Below are positions 56,901-64,000 of a DNA stretch of 64,000 bases, one piece after another. The stretch is from a virus (taxonomy: Duplodnaviria; Caudoviricetes): IMG/VR virus record IMGVR_UViG_3300027833_000011. The stretch is one strand, 5' to 3'. Numbering within the stretch: the stretch's first letter is position 1; each line of letters opens with the position of its first letter. A model generated the notes under the pieces. That model was given only the letters and a program-made list of their open reading frames with translations. It was not told the DNA's origin and made no database searches. The position numbers and the translations under genes are program-made.

Positions 56901-59900
56901 TGATTTAGCGACTGAGGTTGGAGTAAGAGGTACGGCTGACACTTCATTAACGAATAGAATTGCTAGTGAAGAAACAAACAGAGTTTCTGCGGATTCATCT
57001 TTAGCTCTTTTAATCGGGGGTAACGCATCTGACATTAGTTCACTTAACGAATTATCGGGAGTGTCAATAACAGGTGACGTATTAAAAGTATCAGGTTCAA
57101 ATCAAGCGTTTACTGTTGATTTATCACAGTTTAACGATAATACAGACAATTACATAACAGGAGCGGCACTTTCAGGTGATGTATTAACATTATCAAGAGT
57201 ATCAGGTTCTGTAACGGTAGATTTAGGTCAATATCAAACCTCATCAGAGGTGGCATCACAAATAACAACGGCAATCACAGGTTACGCTACTGAGAATTAT
57301 GTTGATAGTGCAATAGCACCATTAGCAGTAAAAACGGTAGTATCTGCGGCTGACGCTTCATTAAACACTAAGATAGATTCTTTAGACTCAAGTTTAGATT
57401 CAGAGATTTCATCTAGAATTGAAAGTGAGGATTATGTTATCGGTGCTGCGATGTCTAATGACACATTAAAATTAACAAGAGCGAAAGGTGGTGTAGTATC
57501 AGTAGACCTGTCACAATTTATAGATGACACTGACACAGATAACTATATTACAGGAGCTGCGATATCAGGTGATATACTAACATTAAGTAGACAAAACGGA
57601 GACGTTACGGTTAACTTAGGTCAGTATCAAACTTCTTCAGAAGTTGCATCACAGATAGCAACAGGTCTTGTAGGTTACGCTACTGAATCATATGTTGGTT
57701 CGGCAGTTTCACCTAAAGCTAATAAAACATATGTTGATTCACAAGACGCGTCATTAGCGACTAGAATAGATTCAATTGATACGACAATCGCATCACACAA
57801 TGAATTAGACGGAACAAGTTTCGTAGCTAACATACTTACAGTTTCAGGTTCTGAGGCTGACTACTCAGTAGATTTAAGTTCATTAGCAACAGACGTAAAT
57901 GTTTCTTCAGGTTCATACAATTCAACAACAGGTACGTTAACATTAACGAAATCTGACGGTGGAACTGTTGCGGTAAGTAACTTCTATGTAGATGTAAACG
58001 GAGATAACTTTATCACGGGAGCAAGTGTAGTAGGTCAAAACTTAATCTTATCAAGACAAGGGTTAACGGATATTACGGTATCTTTAGCTGGTTTTGTAAC
58101 ATCAGGTGAATTAACAACGGCAATTTCAGACTTCAAGTCAAGTTCAGCAATCGCAACTGATATATCATCAGCGGTGGCTACTGAATCAGGAATCAGAAGT
58201 TCGGCTGACAACTCATTAGCAGTTGCCATATCAGCGGTACAATCAGATTTCGATTCAATACCTGAAGATGAAAATGATTATATTTCATCAGCGGCAATTG
58301 TAAGTAACAATTTAGTTATTACAAGAACTGACGGTGGGACAGTAACAGTTAGTTTAGCACAATTTATGGATGACACTAATACGGATAACTTCGTAACAGG
58401 TGCGTCTTTATCGGGTGATACATTAACATTAACGAGAGACTCAGGTAACTCTATTACAGTTAACTTAGGTCAATATCAAACTTCTTCGGAAGTAGGTGGA
58501 CAAATAACATCAGCATTGGCGGGTTACGCTACTGAGAGTTATGTTGGTAGTGCAATTGCACCATTAGCGGTAGCATCGGCAGTATCTACGGCTGATTCAT
58601 CATTGAACACTAAGATAGACTCTTTAGAATCAAGTTTAAATTCTGAGGTCTCGTCAAGAATAGCAACCGAAGATTATTTAGTCGGAGCTACAATGTCTAA
58701 CGACACATTAAAATTAACAAGAAACTTAGGTGGTATTGTAACAGTTGACTTAGGTCAATTTAAAGACAATACTGACAACTTCCTAACAGGAGCTTCTTTA
58801 TCGGGTGATTTACTTACTCTAACAAGAAACTCAGGTGGTTCATTATCTGTTAACTTAGGACAATATCAAACATCGTCTGAAGTGGCATCACAGATAACCT
58901 CAGCAATTGCTAATTACGCTACTACATCATATGTTAATACTGCTGATACTTCATTGGCAAGTAAAATAACATCTGTAGACACAAGATTCGGTGGCTTACC
59001 ATCTGAAGATTATGTAACAGGAGCGGTTATGTCTAACGACACATTAAAATTAACAAGAGCACAAGGTGGTGTTGTATCAGTAGACTTAAGTAGATATACT
59101 ACGGCTTCTGAATTAACATCGGCTTTATCTCCATACGCAACCTCAGCGGTTACTTCTACACAGATTTCATCAGGAATCCAAACAGAAACAAACAGAGCGG
59201 TTGGTAAAGAGAACTCATTACATACAAGGATTGGTCAAGTATCAACGGCTTTAGGAACTGAGATTGGAACAACAAATAGTGAAGTTACTTCATTACATAC
59301 GAGAGTTGGTTCAGTATCAACGGTAGCGTCGACAAATACTACGAACATTGGTTCAGTATCAGCACTAACAGGTTCATTAAGTTCAGATATCTCTACATTA
59401 GAGGCGTCTGGTTACGATGACTCATCTTTAGCAACAAGAATCTCAACAGAAGAGTCGACAAGGTTAGTTAAAGATAATTCATTAAACACTAAAGTTGGTT
59501 CAGTATCTACGGCAATAGCTAACGAGATAAATTCAACTAATGGTGATATCACATCATTAAACACGAGAGTGGGTAATGAAGAAAGTACGAGAAGTACTAA
59601 AGACAGTTCATTAACAACTGCCTTATCTGCGGAAACCGCAGCAAGGATAGCTGGTGATGGTAGTTTAGGTACACGTATTGATGGTATAAATGAATTAGAC
59701 GGGTTAGTATTCTCATCTAACGTTTTAACGGTAGGTGGTTCTGAAAGTGACTTCTCTGTAGATTTAGGAGTATTAGCTTCTGATGTAACAGTTACAGGTG
59801 GTACATATAATTCAGGAACACAAACATTAAACTTAACGAAGAGTAATAATGATACTATCGCAATCTCAGGATTTGCTATTGACACTGACACTGATAACTT

Positions 59901-60723
59901 TGCTGATTCAGTATCATTCAATTCGACTAATGGTGTATTAACCATTGGTAGAACAGGGACGTTATCTGACATATCAGTTGATTTAGATGGTAGATACTTA
60001 GTAGATACTGTAGACAACAACAACTATGTAGATGGTGCGAGTTTCAATACGACTAACGGTGTCTTAACAATAGGAAGGTCAGGTTCTTTATCTGATATTA
60101 ATATTGATTTAGACGGAAGATTTACAGATAATGGTTACGCAGACGCAATGAACCAACATGTAAAAACTAACTCAGCGGTAACGTTCAGTACGGTTAATAC
60201 AGGTCAGGGAGCGACTGAAGTACATTTAATGAATCAAAATGTTAGAACATCTGACACGGTAACATTCAATCAAGTTAACGCTAGTATTGGTGATATCGAT
60301 GAAATCAGAATTGATACTACAACGTTAACAAGTTCATTAGGTGTCTTATCTATAAACACTGATGTGGAAATCACGGGAGAGTTAAGAGCAACAAGTAAGT
60401 CGTTCTTAATCGACCATCCTACTCAACCTAACATGAAGTTACAATATGGTAACTTAGAGGGACCTGAGCATGGAGTCTACATTAGAGGTAAAGTAGGTGC
60501 TGACGGTATGATTGAATTACCAGAATATTGGACTGAGTTAGTACATGAAGATTCTATAACAGTACAGTTAACTGCTATTGGAGCACCAACAACACACTAT
60601 GTTAAGTCTATTGAAGACAACAAAGTAGAAGTTGGTTCTGAAAGTGGTATAGTAAATGCTTTCTACACGATAAACGCTGAGAGAAAGGATGTTTATAAAT
60701 TAAGAGTTGAATTTCCAGCTTAA
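53902..60723 (+). CDS. giant tail fibre (2273 aa)
   Basis: 18-residue coiled-coil repeats, DNYITGA.LSG..LTL.R...VDL repeats, C-terminal SKSFLIDHP..EGPE.GVY.RG...AERKD domain. Confidence 0.85.
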   Translation: MALRQLGLFQLNTNPGTQEIDLGTTANFLDEIFVDSISANTYLGDGSGLTIDGIDSLVDSLSIETSARTGADTSLATKISTDVQSAIDNLVDGAPSALDTLVELASKIGEGSISEANIVAEINSVGVRVTNEAATRLSADGSLATLIGQVSTGASSNLASEILQTGNEVNSLTTRISTEESVRDTQVTSLANEITGEVTADITSVDTRITGVEGDLTSVETRLSTEESTMVVTVNSLGTVVDGDISSVVTKIGDEESSRIGADNSLATLISTEVVNRESEDNVLDGKITTEASSRGVADNSLGDRIDTLEDNPYDDSSINTRVGGVESSASSLGARISSEEVVRLSKDNSIATIAGQNTSSINTASTSLTSRISTEEIARTTGVNSVNDKVGVEASSRVVKDDSLDAKIDSEISTLKLDVVQNESDISGEETIRIQKDNSLDSKISTEVVTLEAKDTSLATRIGVEEGARASSDSALSNEISVQASMRQSADTAISSQLISDISVLVDADDNLSSDIVAEESLRYAADDSLTTRVSSVESEVSSNKASTDTRVLTVEGQIGGIDVDITGLTSGVNSLDSKIDSEISSEVVARNSAIVVAKDEIINGAGDAYNTLSELQTALEDNDGDITTILTAQGSINTRITTEESTRLLKDSILESEIDNKTNSLETRISTLTSKDVVIDSDITSEVSSRVSGDLSLNNRISSEESARESAVTAINEAAYDDSSINTRVGGVESDLSSEISSEASSRVLGDNSLNTKIGSVSTALASEIGTTNGEITSLNTRVSNEEDNSTTLENSLVGVDTSLHSRISSEEVTRSLAVSSLHVKSGNITGDVTSIANRIQSEESTRLSSDNILTGSVGSINTRVATEEGKSTSLTTRVSNVESDLTSEVNSVDTRIDNIEAAAYDDSSINTRIGGVESDLTTAEGSLETKITAEESSRVLGDSSLTTVISTLQSDLNTEIASTNTEMTSLDTRLSTIELDDETVESSLETKIGGVSADLATEVGVRGTADTSLTNRIASEETNRVSADSSLALLIGGNASDISSLNELSGVSITGDVLKVSGSNQAFTVDLSQFNDNTDNYITGAALSGDVLTLSRVSGSVTVDLGQYQTSSEVASQITTAITGYATENYVDSAIAPLAVKTVVSAADASLNTKIDSLDSSLDSEISSRIESEDYVIGAAMSNDTLKLTRAKGGVVSVDLSQFIDDTDTDNYITGAAISGDILTLSRQNGDVTVNLGQYQTSSEVASQIATGLVGYATESYVGSAVSPKANKTYVDSQDASLATRIDSIDTTIASHNELDGTSFVANILTVSGSEADYSVDLSSLATDVNVSSGSYNSTTGTLTLTKSDGGTVAVSNFYVDVNGDNFITGASVVGQNLILSRQGLTDITVSLAGFVTSGELTTAISDFKSSSAIATDISSAVATESGIRSSADNSLAVAISAVQSDFDSIPEDENDYISSAAIVSNNLVITRTDGGTVTVSLAQFMDDTNTDNFVTGASLSGDTLTLTRDSGNSITVNLGQYQTSSEVGGQITSALAGYATESYVGSAIAPLAVASAVSTADSSLNTKIDSLESSLNSEVSSRIATEDYLVGATMSNDTLKLTRNLGGIVTVDLGQFKDNTDNFLTGASLSGDLLTLTRNSGGSLSVNLGQYQTSSEVASQITSAIANYATTSYVNTADTSLASKITSVDTRFGGLPSEDYVTGAVMSNDTLKLTRAQGGVVSVDLSRYTTASELTSALSPYATSAVTSTQISSGIQTETNRAVGKENSLHTRIGQVSTALGTEIGTTNSEVTSLHTRVGSVSTVASTNTTNIGSVSALTGSLSSDISTLEASGYDDSSLATRISTEESTRLVKDNSLNTKVGSVSTAIANEINSTNGDITSLNTRVGNEESTRSTKDSSLTTALSAETAARIAGDGSLGTRIDGINELDGLVFSSNVLTVGGSESDFSVDLGVLASDVTVTGGTYNSGTQTLNLTKSNNDTIAISGFAIDTDTDNFADSVSFNSTNGVLTIGRTGTLSDISVDLDGRYLVDTVDNNNYVDGASFNTTNGVLTIGRSGSLSDINIDLDGRFTDNGYADAMNQHVKTNSAVTFSTVNTGQGATEVHLMNQNVRTSDTVTFNQVNASIGDIDEIRIDTTTLTSSLGVLSINTDVEITGELRATSKSFLIDHPTQPNMKLQYGNLEGPEHGVYIRGKVGADGMIELPEYWTELVHEDSITVQLTAIGAPTTHYVKSIEDNKVEVGSESGIVNAFYTINAERKDVYKLRVEFPA
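56994..59100 (+). repeat. internal modular duplications within the giant fibre
   Basis: Blocks such as GQYQTSSEVASQI..GYATE.YV and EDY..GA.MSNDTLKLTR recur three to four times; aatgacacattaaaattaacaaga-like DNA near 57456, 58698 and 59037. Confidence 0.8.
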
Positions 60724-60771
60724 GATGACTAAACATAATAACATAATAAATTTTAAAATTGATTCTTTGTA

Positions 60772-63588
60772 ATGGCTAAGAACATAATTATCACACCGAA
60801 TTTAACAGGGACAGATAATCCAAACATAGCTATCACCAATGGAAATGAAGAGATTGTCATCGGCTTAAACGCCGGTGGCTCTCTTATCTTCCAAGATGGT
60901 GGTGGAGCTACGTTATTGGAACTGGACTCTAATGGTAACGCCACAGTAAAGAACCAAAACCTTAAAACTAATCAGTTTACAGTAAACTCACAAGACGCTT
61001 TCGACGAGTCCCTTTATGTAGGTCCATCAGGACACTTAAAAGGACAGAAAGGTATCAAAGGAAACATAGGACCCACCGGAGCTCAAGGAGCGAAAGGAGT
61101 AATTGGGGCAAAAGGTTTGAAAGGATACATTGGTTCCGTAGGGGTGGTAGGTGCCCAAGGTGCTCAGGGTACTCAAGGACAAGTAGGTGCAACTGCACCA
61201 CAAGGTCCAAAAGGCCCAATAGGAAATGCAGGTCCAATAGGACCCGTAGGACCAAAAGGAGGACAAGGTACTCAAGGACCTAAAGGTTACGTAGGTAATC
61301 AAGGGAGTAAAGGAGTAACAGGACCTAAAGGTCTAAAAGGAGGAGTAGGTCTACAAGGACCAAAAGGTGCTTCACCTCAAGGACCACAAGGACCGCAAGG
61401 ACCTCAAGGACCACAAGGACCGCAAGGACCTAAAGGTTATAAAGGGATAAAAGGTGCGACAGGGAATGTCGGACCAACAGGTTATAAAGGTATCGCGGGT
61501 ACTAAAGGTAACGAAGGACCCATAGGGGACAGAGGAGCCACAGGACTTAAAGGATACAAAGGTATTACAGGACCTAAGGGTCAGACGGGTAATAAAGGAC
61601 CCAAAGGTAATGCCGGTGACCAAGGACCTACTGCATCGAAAGGTGTGTTAGGTAATAAAGGTACTAAAGGTAATAAAGGTGTCATTGGCTCGAAAGGGTA
61701 TAAGGGCAACAGAGGAACTCAAGGACCAAAAGGATATGAACCGAAAGGACCGAAAGGATACCAAGGACCGAAAGGATACAAAGGTATCAAAGGAAATAAA
61801 GGTATTAAAGGTATTACAGGACCAGGTGGACCGAGAGGTATACAAGGTGGTGGTGGTGACTTAGGACCTACGGGAACTGCAGGTATCAACGGACCAAAAG
61901 GACCAAGAGGTGTTCAAGGACCTGTCGGTACTCAAGGACCAAAAGGTTATAAGGGTGTCAAAGGTATCAAAGGACCTCAGGGTACAAAAGGACCTCAGGG
62001 AGACCAAGGAGGACCAGGTGCTAAAGGTGTTATTGGAGGCCAAGGTAATAAAGGTATAAAAGGTAACGCAGGACCAAAAGGTTATATTGGTTCTTCTATT
62101 AAAGGTAATAGAGGAGGACAAGGACCAACAGGTTATAAAGGTATCAAAGGTAATAAAGGTGTTAAGGGTATCAAAGGAAACTTTGGACCACAAGGACCTA
62201 CAGGACTAAAAGGAAACCAAGGAGGACAAGGTGCTAAAGGATATGCTGGAGCTACAGGAACTAAAGGTAACCGAGGTGGTACTGGAGGTTCTGGAGACAA
62301 AGGTGTTACAGGACCAGGTGGACCAACAGGTGGAAAAGGTATTAAAGGTAACATAGGTGGCCAAGGAGCAAGAGGTAATACAGGAGCCCAAGGTTATCAA
62401 GGAGCAAGAGGTACTACAGGACTTAAAGGAAATAAAGGTATTAAAGGTTATCAAGGACCAGGTGGACCAACAGGTGGTAAAGGTATTAAAGGTAATATCG
62501 GACCAGGTGGACCAACAGGGCCAGGAGGTGATAGAGGACCAGGAGGTGATACAGGTGGTAAAGGTTACAGAGGTGACCAAGGACCTGTAGGACAGAAAGG
62601 TTATAAAGGAGCACCAGGTGGTAAAGGTATCAAAGGTAACATAGGTGGTCAAGGAGCGAGAGGTCCACAAGGAGGACAAGGGTCTCAAGGACCACGAGGT
62701 GGAACAGGACCAAAAGGACCTAAAGGTTACAAAGGTAATGCTGGTAACAAAGGTTATCAAGGTGCTAAAGGTATCAAAGGTAATAAAGGAACTAAGGGTT
62801 ATACAGGTACTCAAGGGTTGAGTGGTGACAAAGGTTATATAGGTGGACCAGGAGGACAAGGACCAGCTGGAGGTAATAATACGACTAAAGGTGGTAGAGG
62901 AGCTACAGGTTCTTCTCCAAAAGGTTATATTGGAGCACAAGGTAACAAAGGTGTTAAAGGTTTTATAGGTAATCAAGGACCGGGAGGTGACATATATTTG
63001 GTATCAAATTTCCCTGATGCACCAAGTGGACCAACAGGTGATAGAGGACCTACAGGTTCTAATGGTACATCTAAAGGACCAAAAGGATATGCAGGACCTT
63101 TAGGTGCTAAAGGTAATCAAGGACCAAAAGGACCAACGACTTTCGGAAGCAAAGGTAAGAGAGGTGCAAAAGGTACTGGAGGACCAAAAGGACCTACAGG
63201 TTATAAAGGTATTAGAGGGCCGAATGGTTATAAAGGACCAAAAGGACCTACAGGAAATACATCTGATGCAAGATTGAAAGAAAACATTAAAGAGTTAACA
63301 GGTGGTATTGAAAAAATATCAAAACTTAGAGGTGTTAAATTTGATTGGGTAGAAGGTTCTATACATAATGTACACGAAGTTAAAGGTAGAGATGCTGGTT
63401 TTATCGCTCAAGAAGTTAATGAGGTTTTACCTGAGTTGACTAATATAATGAATGAAGAGAATGGTACGATGCAAGTTAACTACGCTAAGATGACTTCAGT
63501 ATTAATTTCAGCGCTGAGAGAACAGAGGGAAATCGTTAAAGAATATACTGATAAACTTGAAATAATTAAATTAAATCGTTCGAAATAA
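60772..63588 (+). CDS. Lys-rich collagen-like fibre with a C-terminal Peptidase_S74 intramolecular chaperone
   Basis: About 240 Gly-X-Y triplets (approx. 61040-63258) with short interruptions; SDARLKENI...GFIAQEV..VNY S74 motifs. Confidence 0.92.
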   Translation: MAKNIIITPNLTGTDNPNIAITNGNEEIVIGLNAGGSLIFQDGGGATLLELDSNGNATVKNQNLKTNQFTVNSQDAFDESLYVGPSGHLKGQKGIKGNIGPTGAQGAKGVIGAKGLKGYIGSVGVVGAQGAQGTQGQVGATAPQGPKGPIGNAGPIGPVGPKGGQGTQGPKGYVGNQGSKGVTGPKGLKGGVGLQGPKGASPQGPQGPQGPQGPQGPQGPKGYKGIKGATGNVGPTGYKGIAGTKGNEGPIGDRGATGLKGYKGITGPKGQTGNKGPKGNAGDQGPTASKGVLGNKGTKGNKGVIGSKGYKGNRGTQGPKGYEPKGPKGYQGPKGYKGIKGNKGIKGITGPGGPRGIQGGGGDLGPTGTAGINGPKGPRGVQGPVGTQGPKGYKGVKGIKGPQGTKGPQGDQGGPGAKGVIGGQGNKGIKGNAGPKGYIGSSIKGNRGGQGPTGYKGIKGNKGVKGIKGNFGPQGPTGLKGNQGGQGAKGYAGATGTKGNRGGTGGSGDKGVTGPGGPTGGKGIKGNIGGQGARGNTGAQGYQGARGTTGLKGNKGIKGYQGPGGPTGGKGIKGNIGPGGPTGPGGDRGPGGDTGGKGYRGDQGPVGQKGYKGAPGGKGIKGNIGGQGARGPQGGQGSQGPRGGTGPKGPKGYKGNAGNKGYQGAKGIKGNKGTKGYTGTQGLSGDKGYIGGPGGQGPAGGNNTTKGGRGATGSSPKGYIGAQGNKGVKGFIGNQGPGGDIYLVSNFPDAPSGPTGDRGPTGSNGTSKGPKGYAGPLGAKGNQGPKGPTTFGSKGKRGAKGTGGPKGPTGYKGIRGPNGYKGPKGPTGNTSDARLKENIKELTGGIEKISKLRGVKFDWVEGSIHNVHEVKGRDAGFIAQEVNEVLPELTNIMNEENGTMQVNYAKMTSVLISALREQREIVKEYTDKLEIIKLNRSK

Positions 63589-64000
63589 TGGCACTACAAA
63601 AAGGAAACAAAGGGATACATATATTCCCAAATAGAGTAGGTACGAATGAACCTAAAATAGAACTTTATCAAGGTTCTACTACGTATACACTAGAGGTAGA
63701 AGACAATACTAATGATGTTGTTATATTCTTAAATGGTACAGAGGTTGCTCGTATGAAATCATCAGGTGATGAAAGATTTCAAATTGTTGGAGACCTAATA
63801 ATTGACGGAGATTTAAGAGACTCAAGTGGTAACGTAATCGTAACTCAATCAGGTATATACAACGGAACATTTCAAGGTACTACAGGTGACAGAGGACCTC
63901 AGGGACCTCAAGGTAACCAAGGACCTAAGGGAATAAAAGGACCAAAAGGTAACTTTGGACCTACAGGTCAGAAAGGACTTAAAGGTATTGCTGGTAATAA
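63588..64000 (+). CDS. second collagen-like protein (partial, runs off the window)
   Basis: TAATG coupling; MALQKGNKGIHIFPN... then GTTGDRGPQGPQGNQGPKGIKGPKGNFGPTGQKGLKGIAGN. Confidence 0.85.
   Translation, partial: MALQKGNKGIHIFPNRVGTNEPKIELYQGSTTYTLEVEDNTNDVVIFLNGTEVARMKSSGDERFQIVGDLIIDGDLRDSSGNVIVTQSGIYNGTFQGTTGDRGPQGPQGNQGPKGIKGPKGNFGPTGQKGLKGIAGN

Noticed and set aside
61370-61440. Short periodic DNA repeats resembling a CRISPR array or VNTR
   Set aside because: The 9-nt period is explained by GPQ codons and there are no unique spacers; no cas genes in the window
53902-63588. Diversity-generating retroelement acting on fibre tips
   Set aside because: No reverse transcriptase, and no repeat pair differing only at adenines; repeats are in-frame internal duplications
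1-64000. Eukaryotic giant virus (NCLDV) origin suggested by PLOD, GNA1, collagen and LRR genes
   Set aside because: Sigma70, amidase endolysin, ClpP, Bacteroidota promoters, intrinsic terminators, overlapping operons and S74 tail chaperones indicate a bacteriophage
1-64000. Stop-codon reassignment, as found in some jumbo phages
   Set aside because: Genes are full length and tightly packed under code 11, and TAA, TAG and TGA all end genes
46278-64000. Many long minus-strand ORFs and alternative-frame ORFs (e.g. 54150-55181, 62206-62976, 12328-12693)
   Set aside because: They are shadows of repetitive, codon-biased plus-strand genes and have no independent motifs or expression signals

Overview
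This 64 kb window is AT-rich, gene-dense and uses the standard genetic code. It is best explained as part of a jumbo tailed bacteriophage infecting a Bacteroidota (Flavobacteriia-like) host. Support: repeated TTTG-N19-21-TAnnTTTG promoters, no Shine-Dalgarno sites, an Hc1-type DNA-binding protein, amidase endolysin, sigma70, ClpP, RuvC, a Toprim primase, Mre11/Rad50 and long tail-fibre genes. Layout: glycosyltransferase cluster (0.1-7.1 kb); structural, replication and repair genes; early accessory cassettes; a late-gene block; chaperone, redox and nuclease genes; and a fibre cluster (46-64 kb) ending in collagen-like proteins. The main finding is an apparently complete animal-type collagen modification pathway in a phage. 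It comprises a PLOD-type lysyl hydroxylase domain (10935-11624), the complementary PLOD glycosyltransferase plus accessory domains as a separate gene (38070-39476), a COLGALT-like GT25 (21124-21864), and collagen fibres very rich in the Gly-X-Lys-Gly acceptor motif (60772-64000). Other notable items: a catalytically eroded full-length MetK homolog, an Mre11-to-Rad50 domain transfer, a strand-oriented TATTTAT(A/T) late-promoter candidate, apparent GATC avoidance, and two small genes missing from the ORF track. All family assignments come from motif recognition by eye, not database searches.
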